Source: the human T2T-CHM13v2.0 reference genome, Homo sapiens
Assembly (NCBI RefSeq): GCF_009914755.1
Contig: NC_060928.1
DNA: 64,000 nucleotides
Direction: 5' to 3' (one strand)
Positions 34,424 through 49,150 of this stretch are shown piece by piece; within the stretch, counting starts at the first letter, position 1, and each line of letters starts with the position of its first letter. Made by a program: the position numbers and the translations under genes. The notes below the pieces were generated by a model. It saw only the letters and a program-made list of their open reading frames with translations, was not told the DNA's origin and did not search any database.

Positions 34424-36208
34424 TTAACTTTAGAAAAATGAAATCTAGAGAGCTCTGGAAGCAATTATTGTGGAAGCATTCTGCCTAAGTCTGAACAAAA
34501 CCTTCCCTTTCTCTTATTTTGGAGCAGATGGCATTAAAGAAAAGCTAAGTGCTAGAAAACACAAGCCTGCCTGAGAGTCTTCCCAGGTGTGTTTCACCCG
34601 ACTGCTGCTGGGATTCTGCCTTCCATCTCTGCAGCAATGTTATCCCCCAAATCATTGTTCTGCTCCTTTGGGCTCTTATGCAACACGCTTGTCTACAAAA
34701 GGCCTCTGATTGCCCTGCCGCATCAATAGTGCCCTTGAAATTCATGAACGCTCAACTGAGGCCTGAAACCTGCCCTGACTGGGATGGTTTCTAGGTGATC
34801 CGCCTGCCCATCTGTTGATTCCTCTGCCCTGAACACCAACACGCACTCTATGGCAAGCAGCAGCAACATCCTACTTGCACAGCACAGGTGCTCTCTCTTT
34901 GCATGGTTCTGAGAGGGGGTTCAGGGTCTGGGAGAAGCAGAAGCAGAAGGGGATGGCAGCGAAGAATGAGAATCATATAACACTTTTCAGGCCATGACTA
35001 TTCCAGATCAATAAAACTGTATTTCCTCATTACTTACCTAAGCTCTGTTAAAATTGATACAGAATAAAGCACATTAGACATCAATTCACTGCTAGGATGG
35101 CTACAGAGATGCAAATTTCACAGCTTCCAAGAAGCCCCCTTATGGCCCCATTTTAGGGTGCTCTGGAACCAATGATTTCCATGACTACCATTAAGTTACT
35201 TTTCTACTTCTGCCCTAGAGTTTCTGTTGGGGTCAGGAGTTGGAGTACAAATCAGGGGGTTCCCTCTTCCTGGGTCATGTGTCCTCTTGACAACACACAG
35301 ATGGAGGAACAATCTTTTAGGTCTCTCATTCCATGCTACAACTTCCTGCTGTATGCAACTTTGAACTCCTCAAGAGACAACAATGAGGAAGAAAATTCAG
35401 CATGGTCATTTTAGGAGTCTTCATCGTTAAGGCAAATATTGGCAGCCTTGGGAGGCACATCCAGCTGCCAAAAGGGCTACAAGGTGCCTTGTCTAGGTGT
35501 AGATTTACGGTAGTTTCTGCAAATCTATTTATTTGGACATCGGTATGCATGCACACATGAGTGTGCACATGTGGCTGTGCATGCATTGGGCATATGTGTG
35601 TATGTATATGTGTGCATGTATGTGCATGTGTGGGTGGGGGCCCCTCGAAAGCAACATTGTAACCTCCATTCTGTAGAGCTGTATAGGAACTAGCTGACTT
35701 GAAGATACCACTTAAATGTAGTGACAAAAGCAAAATAATTCCCAAACCTAGCAATAAACTTAATAAACAGCCCTGTTATCAATGCACAGGAAACAAATGG
35801 GAAACGGGCACCACAGAGTTAACCTTCAAAGGAGTTAGGCTTCTGGTTTCCTGAATTCAATGGCATTAATACCCATCCAATTTCCAGGGGTCCTGCTGCT
35901 TGTTATCAGGGCAGCTCCTGATTATAATTTTAGCCTTCAAACAAAATCAACCCGAATGCTATTGACTGGAAGGTGAATTCAGCTTTTGAATTTTGCTGCC
36001 CCCATTGTGGCAAGTTTCTGTATGTATTGTAACTAAAAAGTGACTAATCACTGCAGTGGGGGTGCCGTGCTGGCGACCAACTGCTCACCACCCCGTTTCC
36101 ACCTTAGGGCTTTGTAGGAAGAGGCTGGCCATTTCCTCTTTTAGACGTGCGAGAGCGTGTGGGAGTGTGTGGTGGAACTGTTTCCCTCTGACAATATGCA
36201 TGTGTTAC

Positions 36209-36271
36209 CTTGGAAGCTGCTTTCTTCATCAGCTCTAAGGCAAGCCGTCTGTTCTTTTTTACTCCTTGACC
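36209..36271 (-). CDS. SEL1L3: SEL1L3 ex14: GQGVKKNRRLALELMKKAASK
   Basis: tttag|GGT ... AAG|gtaaca, 63 nt. Confidence 0.95.
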
Positions 36272-39200
36272 CTAAACATTGATAAACAGCGATGATTACA
36301 AAGAAAATACAACCAGACTGCACACATACAGACACTTTAGTGTTGGATATAAAATACTTAAAAATAAAACCCTAACTTTCTTCATTTAAACCCAAGCTTA
36401 GGGATTTCTATAGGTAGTGCTATTTCATTATCATCATCATTATTATTTTGCTTATATTTGTGGAGCAGAAGCAACAAACCTCAACTTCGCAGCTTAGCAG
36501 TAATCGCTGTGTCAGTTGCAACCCTGTCAATCCACAGGTACTACTGGGGGAAGATATGAATCAGGTTAAATGAGTTTGGTCATCCTGGATGCTTTCCTCT
36601 TGGGATTACCTAATTTGCCAGCCAGAAAAAGCACTTTATCTGTGTTGGACAGTCAAGAGTTACCAGGTTGTCGCTTGCAGGCTTCATCAGCCTTGGCTGG
36701 GATCTCCAGGGTGGAACATTGTTGCTTCAGAATCAGCTCAAGAACTGGCTCCACAGAAGATAGAAGGCAGCAGAATCGGTTGCCTCAGATGTAACTAACA
36801 GAAACTAACAAGGTTCTTCCAGCAAAATCAAGATTTTCCAGATGAGGTGGTTTGTCCACTACAGAGAGACATGGGCTTTGGGGTTCTTGTCATAAGAGAG
36901 AAACTCTGTGGAACACACTGAAATGTCTGGAGGACAACTGGGGAGATGGTGTGCTCAAGGGTAGAGTGGAAGGAGGTCCTTGAGTATCTCTTGACATAGA
37001 TCTGAAAGCAAAGATGCCAGGCAAGGGGGTGGAGGTGACTGTAAACCACTGCTGCTTCCAAACTCAGAATTACTGATACCCCCAATCCCCATGTGCCACA
37101 TGGGGTCCTCCTGGACTCAGACAACAGTTGACAGGATCGCCTGTGATTTGGATGGGAGAGGGTTTTGCAACAAACACATCTACAAACTCTATTTAAACGC
37201 TTAGCTCTATAGTAAATGGAAACAGCGCTAGTTACCGTTCCTGTGTGAATTAACGTTGGCCAAGCACTGTCTAAGTGCTTCATCAACTCTACCTGAGGTG
37301 CTGCTGTTATTCTCATCTGAGAAATATGCCCTTAGTCACACAATGGGAAATGGGGGCAGAATTTGAATCCAGACAAATGGACTCCAGAATCCAAGCTTGT
37401 AACCACCGCTCTCTATTTTCTTCTGCCTATTTCAGTTCATAACCTCCTTGTAGGATCCAGGAACCATGCAGGATATGCTTGACTGTGTATCTTTCAGGAC
37501 CCCAAATAAAACTGAATCCAACTAAAGGTTAAATTACATATGCCAAGTTTCTACTTGACTTTAACTTGCTTATTTAATAAAACCAATGAACTGAAGCAAA
37601 GTGGAAGATGAAAATATTTTTCAGAATGGCACCACTGCTTCATTTAATTAGGGAGGAAGAGGAGAGGGAAAAGGACATAGAAGGACACTTGGAGTAACTG
37701 GAGGGGGGAGGAGACAAGCTTTCTGGACTTCTGGAAAAGCATCAGAAAGACCAGAATCACTGAACGTTAGCGCCTGGTTGAAGTATAATAAGTTTATCTT
37801 CTCCAACTCTTTTTTGTTTTGAAGAAATAAAACGGGGGCCCAGAGCAGTTGACTTAGCTAAAGTCTCACAGTTAGAGCTGCAATGACAACCCACACACTC
37901 TAGAATAGGGATGTTTACACTATACCCGCTATTGAGTCAAAAGTGGGATGACTTTTCTTGCACAAAGACGATGTACTCTACACGAATCTGAGTAGTATTA
38001 AAAGTTGTTAAATGAGAGAAATGTGAAGCCTGGTACATCGTAAGTACTCAGTAACTATCCACTGAGTGAATGGATGGAGGACAGTTGCTGCTGTCAAAGT
38101 CAAAGCTTTATCCTCATGTGGCTGCAAGATAAGATGGACTCAACTACCTGGAATGAACCACAGCTGCCATCTTGGTACCATCTTTGCATAAAGCCCGATG
38201 CCCCCACACAGTCAAATGCACGTACTGTTCTTTGCATATGGAAAGCCCATTTTCAGCGTGGGGTTCTTTCACACAGAATACACTTGAGGATATCTTCTAG
38301 CCACAGGCGGAAATCTTCCCTGAGATGCTAGTAAAGGGCTTCCTTCCTCCCACCCAGACAAAACTTAGAAAGAATGCAGAACCCCCCTCTCTGCAAAAAA
38401 GTCTTACGGTGTGAGAAAGCAAACCCAGAGAAGGCATTATATCACTCCCAGAGTCATTTATTTCTGGATTTGCCTCTCCCTGTAGGTTGTGAGATCTTGG
38501 TAGGCAGAGATAATGTCTGATTTGTGCCTTTATCTTTGGACAGCGATCGGCCTCCACTCTGGTGGACAGGTGCTGCTCCTCTGTGCTTATTGATCTAGGT
38601 CCTCTGCCTTCCTCTCTGTGTATGAGCTCCCTGAGGTCATGGACGTGACTCATGCATCCATATGCCCCTCCATCTAGCCCAGAGCCTGGCATTGGTCAGC
38701 CCTGAATGGAATGGATGCTTATTGAACAAACACATGAATGCATTCACATATGGCTCAGATTCAAAATATTTCTATGTTTATTTGACAACTGGAAAGAGAA
38801 GGTCTGGGACCTCAATTTGGAAACCACAACAACCAATAGGTTTTCAGGCTTTGATAGGGTAGGGAGGGTTAGAAATGTAGCCACAGTCATGGTTAATTAC
38901 TGAGTGGCCACAGCTGTGTTCTGGAGATGGGCCTGGCCTTGTTTGAAGATGCTTGCTTTTTGGGGGCAGCTGCTTTCTTTGGATATGGACATAAGTCCAC
39001 GAATTTCCTTACCAAAGCCAAAGCTTTTTACTTTTCCAAGATTGATGAATTGATGTCTCTGTATTTGGGGATGATGAACACAGACTGTGAAGCCAGACTT
39101 CCTAGATCCCAGTCCCAGGTCAGAAACATACCAGTTGGGTGACCTTGGGCAAATTACAAAACCTTTCTCTGTGCCTTTGTCTCCATGTAAATGAACAGCA

Positions 39201-39296
39201 ATCATAATACACCAAGGTACCAACCTCGTAAGTTGGTTGTGAGGATTTAATGCACTAATACATGCAAAGCAGGTAACAACCACTCAATCAGTGTGA

Positions 39297-39613
<317 letters not shown>

Positions 39614-40192
39614 TAAAGAACACGGCATTTTATGGTCCCCAAAGTTCATTGGTCCTATTATCTCACTCAATTTGTGGTGATTGCCACTGTCCCATGAGAT
39701 GAGGTGACTCCAAGGACATACCTGATGGTTGCAGAGGTGGGACTTTCACGCTTGTCTCCTAGGCTCTTCCCACCCCTCTCCTGTTGGCTTAAAACCAAGA
39801 TCTTTATTTTCATCAGCAGGATTGTTGGGATCCAGCCCAATTACACACTATGTTTAAGCTGTAATTAAAAGAGAACTCTGCCTGGTGGCAAACTTGCAGT
39901 GCCTGTGGGGGCTGGCGGCTGAGCGCCAATCAATAAAATACGGGTGTCTCCTCCAGAATGCCGTGGTTCTTGCGAAAGCACAGAGAATCCAGGTGCCAAA
40001 CATAAGACTAATGATTAAAAATGAGAACAGGGAACTGCTTCTGACTCTGCCTTTTTAGCCAACATTCTTTTCCATCAAGAGTGACAGAAGCATATACTAA
40101 ATTTCTTCAGTTATCGACTCCCTGTTTGCCAGCCCGCCCACAGGAAACTGCTCAGGAGTCTGATAAGAATTGCACAATTTCAGCACGAATTA

Positions 40193-40363
<171 letters not shown>

Positions 40364-40550
40364 TTAGAACAATGACTTTTCCTGTATAATGCTTAACACA
40401 AGATTTTGAAAGGTGGGAGAGCAAACCTACTTTACGATGTTTTAGATTGAGAACCAAGGATTAGATACACTTTATCTTCCAACTGGAGGCCAGAGCCCTG
40501 AATGTGGACTTATGTAAATACAAGCCCTTAATGCAAGCCAGAAATGGTTC

Positions 40551-40596
40551 GTGTGTGTGTGTGTGTGTGTATGTGTGTGTGTGTGTGTGTGTGTGT
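40551..40596. repeat. (GT)10 AT (GT)12 microsatellite
   Basis: Direct reading. Confidence 0.95.
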
Positions 40597-41277
40597 ATCT
40601 ACTGTACCCAGGACCAGGGCTAGCTGGAACTTCGTCAATAATCAGAACTCCTCAAATGGCACTCTTTTGGGAGGTATTGCCCTTTCTTTTGGCCCAGCGA
40701 TTGGCATGGAGGTCTCTGCACATCTGTATCATTAGGGCATCCTTCTATAGCACTGATCTCTCATCTTATCATTTGTCTACATGGCTGGCTCCAACATCAG
40801 ACTGGAGGCTGGAAGCTCTTGGGAGGGAGGAACCTCAAGATGTTACTTATCTTTGTCCCTGTCTGTTAGCCCCCCAACCCAGCAGAGCTCAGCAGGTCAT
40901 AGAAGCTGCTGAACAAAGACTTCTTAGTGAACAAAGGAAGAAAGAAGTGCCTATGGTTAGAAAAGTTAATGCAAGCTCTGGCACACCCAGGAAATGGCTC
41001 TGGCAGAGTCATTCCCAGAGCTATACATTGGAATTCCTTCCTGTACTAGAAAGACTGCAGACCAGGGACAGATGCCCAGGAACGTGGCCAGAGCAACGTG
41101 TGTTAACATTCTAGTTCCACATGGGTCCTTTGTTTTCCTTCCTTCTTTCTGCTTCTCCTCTCATCTCGTTCTCTTCCCTTTTCCTCCCCAATACTTATAA
41201 CTTCCAGCAAAGTATCGCCTGAAATGTGAGGAAGACCCCTATAGAGAGGAGGGAGACCTGTTATAGAAGAGCCTCTT

Positions 41278-41577
41278 GGGCCAGGTGTGGTGGGCCTTAA
41301 TTCCTGCACTTTGAGAGGCATAAGCAGGAGAATTGCTTGAGGCCAGGAGTTCAAAACCAGTCTGGGCAACATAGCAAGACCCCATTTCTACAAAAAAATT
41401 AAAAATTAGCAGGGCATGGCATGGTGGCACATGCCTATAGTTCCAGCTACTCGGGAGGTTGAGGCTAGAGGATCACTTGAGCCCAGGACTTTGAGGCTGC
41501 AGTGAGCTATGATCACGCCACTGAGCTTCAGCCTGCCCAACAGAGTGAGACCCTGAATCAAAAAAAAAAAAAAAAAA
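41278..41577 (+). mobile_element. AluJ-like element
   Basis: Dimeric Alu. Confidence 0.9.
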
Positions 41578-42364
41578 GCCCCTGTACTGTCTGCTTTGTC
41601 AATGCCTGTGACTCCTTTCTTTTTTCTTTCCCTTTCCCATCTCTGGGCTTCAGCCTCCTTAGCAGCCCCAGAGACTCTTCCCGATGTTGCTGCACTCACA
41701 GGGAGCACTAAGCCAAAACTAAATCCTTCCTATGGGAAGGAGGCTTCCTCCTGGTGCAATCAGCCTTCACAGGCTCCCACAAAGGGCTCCTCTTCATAGT
41801 GAAATCAAAGCAGGGAAGCAGAGAGGGTGCTTCCCCAGCCGTCTGCCCTTTCTCGTACCTCTTAAAAGTCCATCCAAAGACAAGAGATGTTCAAGAGACA
41901 AGGTTGATCCTTTTGGTCCAACAAGCCATAAATGACTTTCTATTGCTCTCCTAGCTGAGTTCATGGTCTTCTGGACGCTGTCTAATTTCCCCTGCACCCC
42001 AGGGTGCATCTTGTTTTTCTATCTGATGGATGCATCAGTGCACCTGATGGTACTCTTTAGAGCTGGTCATAAATATTGTGGCTTTCCCTCTTTCTGGGTG
42101 AGTGGCAGAACTTGAAGTCAAGAGGGGCCACGTGATTTGCATTGGCCAGTGAAATATCCCACTTGTGGGCAGAAGCGTTAGCCAGCTGGTAAGGCGCTAT
42201 GGCCATGGCCCGACTGTAATGGTTTTGGAAACCTCTGTCAGCTTGGACTCTTAAGGGACTGTGACAACTATGGCCTGCCCCTGACAACCCCTATTGGACA
42301 TGCAGTGTGAGTGAGAAATAAACTGGCATTATTTTAAGCCACTGCAGTTTGAGATGTTTCATTA

Positions 42365-42841
<477 letters not shown>

Positions 42842-43129
42842 TCAAGAAAAACTATATGAATAATTGAAATATGAGGTGTGCCTACAATGACATAAGGTCA
42901 AATTCTTTTTAAAGGAATGTATCACATCTTCTATATCTAAACGGTTGTTTGTTCCTATCAAAGTATTTGCCTTGAGAAACCGAAGTTATTTCCACATCTA
43001 CTTCTATTGCTCAGGCTTGTTTCGAAGTCCACTTCGTGCCACTGATTTCAGAGCCAGATTATACACATGCAAAATCAAAAAGGCAAATCAATATTTTCTA
43101 AGTATAACCTTATTTTTGATTCTAACGTA

Positions 43130-43430
43130 TTACTATCCTGCATGACTAACCTCTTTTATTTCGCAGGTTCTGCTTCAAATATCTTTTGGCTATTTCCAAA
43201 AATTAAATCTACCCTGAAAAGAAGAGGGCATGTTAACTCTGAGGATGCAAGAAAGAATATGCTAGAGGCTTTAAAGAAGAACCCAAAGGGAAAGTTCACA
43301 AAATGTTTAGAATTTGCACACAGCCTCCCAGGTATCTGACTCCTTTGAAGAAGATAAAATTCATTTTGATGTATAAACTTCCACTGTTTATTAAAAATCC
43401 AGTCCTGTTGTTCCACGGTCTCTCTTTATA
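43130..43430 (+). mobile_element. Tc1/mariner transposase C-terminal remnant (MARNA-like)
   Basis: Translation FWLFPKIKSTLKRRGHVNSEDARKNMLEALKKNPKGKFTKCLE resembles the mariner segment after YSPDL. Confidence 0.75.
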
Positions 43431-43608
43431 CATAATGAAGTCGCTCTAATAGTGCCATAAGGGGGATACTAGAGAGGGCTCCCCATGCCCAAAGCCATGC
43501 CACAGGCAGATGGTGAAAAAATTGGGTCTGCACTAGTTTGGAAAAGAAGCCCCAGAGAAGAAGGAGCCAGGCCTGATTTTCTTTGTTAGTTAATTAAGAA
43601 GAGTATTG

Positions 43609-44078
<470 letters not shown>

Positions 44079-44558
44079 TTAGAATAACGACTTTTATTGA
44101 AACCAACTATATGCTCAGTGTTTGAGATACGTGGTTTTTTTTTCCTTTTTTTCTTTTTTTCCACTTAATCCTCATAACAAAGCTTCGATCCAGGTATCAC
44201 TGTCCCCAGTTTACAGGCCAAGAAACAGGCTCAGAGGGTGAAACCATGAACTCCAGGTGAAACTATAGAACTGGCCTTGCCAGGTTGGCTTGACTCCAAA
44301 GACACAGCTCTCTGGCGCTCCCATGGGATGTCGCCCTCTAGTGAGAAGGTGCTGAAATCCAATCTGGGCACAGACCACTCTATCTGGTCCACGCTTGGCC
44401 AAGCTTATGGCCAGTGTGTATGGAGGGCAACCCATGAGCGGGTGCTTCAGCTTAAACTCCAGAGGACACTGTCCTGGGTGGGGAGCCTGGAATTGTGCTG
44501 AAGCCTGAGCTGCCCTGAGAAGGAGTTCTCAGCTGAAGGTTTTCTGTTCATCTGTTTG

Positions 44559-45782
44559 GCAAATGAGTGGTGGAGCCTAGTTTTGAACCTAGGTCTTTCT
44601 AGCTTATTGCACTGTAAAAAAGAATGGCTAAAAGGTTGGGTGCCTTTGATGTAGCAGATGCCATGCTAAACTCCACTTATGGATGCAGAAATTGAGTCTC
44701 AGATAAAGTAGCTGGCCCAAGGCCCACAGGTGGTTAGTGATCAGTTAGAATTCAGATCCCCTCAGTCTGATATGGAAGGTGCTCTTAATGTTTTGTTTTG
44801 TTTTTTATTTTTGGTTGTTTTTCTTTTTCTCCTTGTTTTGTTTCCTCCTTGAATAAAGACATAACTCATGAAGACACAGTTCCTACCCTGCAGTGATTGA
44901 TATTCTTAGGTCTTTCTGTCAGTGATATTTCATAAGAACCATCATGGATGATGTGCCAGGCACTGTCCTAATTGTTTTGCCCAGATTGACTCATCAAATC
45001 TTTGCAACCTGATAAGACAGTCACCATGAATATCCTCATTTCACATATGTGGAAACGGAGGCCCAGAGAGGTTAAGTAACAAGCCCAACATCAGATAGTT
45101 CTTCAAATTGAGGAGTCAAATCCAAGCCGGCTGGTTGTGGGGCCCACATCCTTTGCCCAGCCTTACCATCGTGAGAAGTACTCATGTATCTAGGTGGTGA
45201 CGTAAATGGTGACTGTGAAGAGGAAACATGTTTGTCCTTTTTTCTGAGACAGGGTCTCACTCTGTCACCCAGACTGGATTGCAGTGGCACGATCATGGCT
45301 CACTGCAGGCTTGACCTCCCTGAGCTCAAGTGATCCTCCCACTTCAGCCTCCCGAGTAGCTGAGACCACAGGCATGCACCACCAAGCCCAGCTATTTTTT
45401 TTGTATTTTTTGTAGAGACAGGGTTTCTCCATGTTGCCCAGGCTGGTCTTGAACTCCCGGGCTCAAACGTTTGCCTTTTGTTTCTGTGTCCTAACCTGGC
45501 CTGCCCACTGCCCTGCTGGAATCACTGAGCTTTGCAGCAGGGTGGGACCATTAAGAGCACAATTTTTCATATCAGATGGAGGGGATCTGAATTTTAATTC
45601 ACCACTACTTACCTTAGGCCTTGGGCTCGTTACTTTATCTGAGACTCAGTTTCTGCATCCATAAAATGGAGTTTAGTATGGCATCTGCTACATCAAAGGC
45701 ACCAACCTATGAGCCATTCTTTTTCACTGTGCAAAGAGCTAGAATGACCTAGGTTCAAATCTAGGCTCCACTACTCATTTGC
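44559..45782. repeat. Inverted repeat, arms 44559-44790 and 45549-45782 (about 86% identical by hand alignment)
   Basis: The reverse complement of the right arm aligns end to end with the left arm. Confidence 0.92.
45240..45468 (-). mobile_element. Partial AluJ
   Basis: Reverse Alu lacking its 5' end. Confidence 0.88.
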
Positions 45783-45845
45783 TGTGTGACTTTGGGCAAT
45801 TTCTGACCTCATAAGGTTGCATGAGGATTAAATGAGATTGTTTGT

Positions 45846-47173
45846 CTGACAAAAACAAGCAATGGAGAAAGGATTCCCTATTTAATAAATGGTGCTAGGA
45901 GAAATGGCTAGCCATATGCAGAAAATTGAAATTGGACCCCTTCCTTATATGTTATACAAAAATTAACTCAAGATGGACTAAATACTTAAATGTAAAACCC
46001 AAAACTACAAAAACTCTAGAAGAAAATCTAGGCAATACCATTCAGGACATAGGCATAGACAAAGATTTCATGTGAAAATGTCAAAAGCAATTGCAACAAA
46101 AGCAAACATTAACAAATGGGATGAATTAAACTAAACAGCTTCTGCACTGCAAAAGAAACTATCATCAGAGCAAACAACAAACCTACAGAATGGGAAAACA
46201 TTTTTGCAACTTACCCATCTGACAAAAGTCTAATATCCAGAGTCTATAAGGAACTTAAACAAATTTACAAGAAAAAAAACCAAACAACTTCATTTAAAAG
46301 TGGGCAAAGGACATGAACAGACACTTCTCAAAAGAAGACATTTATGCAGGCAACAAATGTAGGGGAAAAAAAGCTCAACATCCCTGATCATTAGAGAAAT
46401 GCAAATCAAAACCACAATGAGATACCATCTCATGCCAGGTAGATAGTGGTGAGTTAGAATTCAGATCATGCCAGTCAGAATGGCGATTATTAACAAGTCA
46501 AGAAGCAACAGATGCTGGTGAGGCTGTGGAGAGATAGGAATACTTTTACACTGTTGGTGGGAAGGTAAATTAGTTCAACCATTGTGGAAGACAGTGTGAC
46601 GATTCCCCAAAGACCTAGAACCAGAAATAACATTTGACCCAGCAATCCCATTACCGGGTATATATCCAAAGGAATATAAATCATTCTATTACAAAGATAC
46701 ATGTGTGCATATGTTCACTGTAGCAATAGCAAAGACATGGAATCAACCCAAATGCCCATCAGTGATAGACTGGATAAAGAAAATGTGGTACATATACACC
46801 ATGAAATACTATGCAGCCACAAAAAGGAATGAGATCATGTCCTCTGAAGGGACATGGATGGAGTTGGAAGCCATAATCCTCAGTAAACTAACACAGGAAC
46901 AGAAAACCAAACACTGCATCTTCTCACTTGTAAGTGGGAGATGAACAATGAGAATACATGGACACAGGGAGGGGAAAAACACACACTGGGGCCTCTTGGG
47001 GGGTGGGGGGGAGGGAGAAGATCAGGAAAAATAGTGAATGTATGCTGGCTTAATACTTAGATGATGAGTTGATAGGTGCAGCAAACCACCATGGCACACG
47101 TTTACCTATGTAACAACCTTCACGTCCTGCACCTGTACCCCGGAACATAAAATATAATATTTCTTTTAAAAGA
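45846..47173 (+). mobile_element. 5'-truncated primate L1 (L1PA-type) inserted in a MIR, 11-bp TSD agattgtttgt
   Basis: ORF2 C-terminal remnant (KMWYIYTMKYYAA...) and 3' UTR. TSD at 45835-45845 and 47174-47184. Confidence 0.95.
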
Positions 47174-48256
47174 AGATTGTTTGTGAAAGAGCTTAGCAAA
47201 GTGCCTGGGTCATGGCACACTCTCAGTAAATGACAACTCATCATTTTTTAGGGCCTTAACTCATACTAAAGTGTAAATGGCTAATTGCTGTTTAGAACGT
47301 TAACCCTATTGGTATTTGCAGTTTAGTACAACTCAAAGCCTTAGGTTGTGGGGATGAAGATCTAAGAGAATTTTATGCTTTAGAAAACAGAAGGACTAGA
47401 ACTGGGCGAGGGTGTGTTGGGGCCAGAAACAATTTAGGGAGCTCATCCTGTGTGCTTGGCTGTACTGGATTGACTTATCTGTGCTGTAACAACATGACAG
47501 GTGCAGACCATCATGGCTCCCATGTTACGGGTGAGAAACACACAGAGGTAAGCAGAATGATCCTAGAGTCCACAGCCAGTGAGTAGCAGACCCAGGACCT
47601 GGACCCAGGCAAATCTGGCCCTGGAGCCACCACACGCTGCCTGCCACACCCAGGTGGGGGTTGCCTTCTCCATAGTTCTGGGGTCACTACAATAGCAACC
47701 AGCATCACATCATGGTCACATTCCTGAGGCCTTCTGTGAAAGCAGACCACCTATTAACACAAAGACTTTGGAGGCAGGAATGACCTTTAAAAGGAAAGTG
47801 TTCAGTTGTCCATTCATTCAAACAGTTTTGTGGGCAGGAAAAGCCGGGAAGAAGCTGTGGACTGGGAGAAAAAAAAAAAAATCACTGGGCGGGTGTGTGG
47901 GGTAGGGGCAGAGCTGGTGGACACTGGCAGGAACCAAGCGTCCCAGCCTGACCAGTTCTGGGATCCTCCATGGCATCTGGGTTTTCATTGTTGTTATTGT
48001 TGCCGTTTTATAAAATCCACATCTCTAGAATGAGCAGCTCAGAAGTTTGTATCTTAATACTGCTGAGCAAGTCACAGGAGGCCCAGTGTCTGGAGACAAA
48101 GCAATCCTCAGACCACCCAGGACCAAGCCCCAGAGAAGGCTCCACACTGTCCCGGGGATGCTGACATGCCTTTCATTCCAGTCAGCCTGCAGGCCACAGA
48201 GGGCGGTGCTCACAACATGTCCTGTCTGTGTGTCATCAACTTCAGGAAAGCTGAAG

Positions 48257-48750
48257 GCTGGGGCGCAGTGGCTCACGCCTGTAATCCTAGCAGTTTGGGA
48301 GGCTGAGGCAGGCATATCACTTGAGCCGAGAAGTTTGACACCAGCCTGGGCAACATAGCAAAACCCTGTCTCAAATTAAAGAAAAAAAAAATATGTGTGT
48401 GTGTGTGTGTAAAATTTTAAAAAATAAAATAAAGAAAACCTTAATCAATACAGTAAGTGTGGCCAGGTGCTCATGCCTATAATCCCAGCACTTTGGGAGG
48501 CCAAGGTGGGCAGATCGCTTGAGGTCAGGAGTTCGAGGCTAGCCTGGCCAACATGGTGAAACCCCATCTCTACTAAAAATGCCCAAAATTAGCCAGGCAT
48601 GGTGGCTCACTTGTAGTCCCAGCTACTTGGAAGGCTGAGGTATGAGCCCGGGAGGTGGAGGTTGCAGTGAGCCGAGATCACACCACTGCACTCCAGAGGG
48701 ACTCTATCTCGAAAAAAACAAAACAAAACAAAAAAACAAAAACAAAACAC
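48257..48750 (+). mobile_element. FLAM-like monomer (48257-48390) and a deleted Alu (48461-48750)
   Basis: Alu consensus segments. Confidence 0.85.
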
Positions 48751-48859
48751 AGTAAGGTTTTGTGTTTGTTGGAAAATATTTCCTTTCTAAGTCCAACAGA
48801 GCATAAAGACAGAAAAAAAAAAAAGAAGAAAGGTAAGATCTGGGACAGTGACGCGGGAA

Positions 48860-49150
48860 GGACAGGGAATGGAAGAGAGGTAATGAAAGAAAGAAGAAAG
48901 AGGGAGAGAGAAGAAGGGGTAGGAAGAGGAAAGAGAGAGGAAGAGAGGAAAAGGAGAGAGGAAAAGACAGGGGGAATAGACAGGTAGTGGAGAGAGAAAG
49001 AGGAGAGGGAGGAGAAAGAGAAAGGAAGAGAAGAAAGAAAGGAAGTGGAAAAGAGAGAAAGAGAAGGAGGGAGAGAGGAAGGGGAGCAGGTGAGGGTGAG
49101 AGAGGGAGAGAGAGAAAGGAAGGAAGAAAGGAAGACCAAAAAAAAAAAAC
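48860..49150. repeat. GA-rich low-complexity tract
   Basis: Direct reading. Confidence 0.9.
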
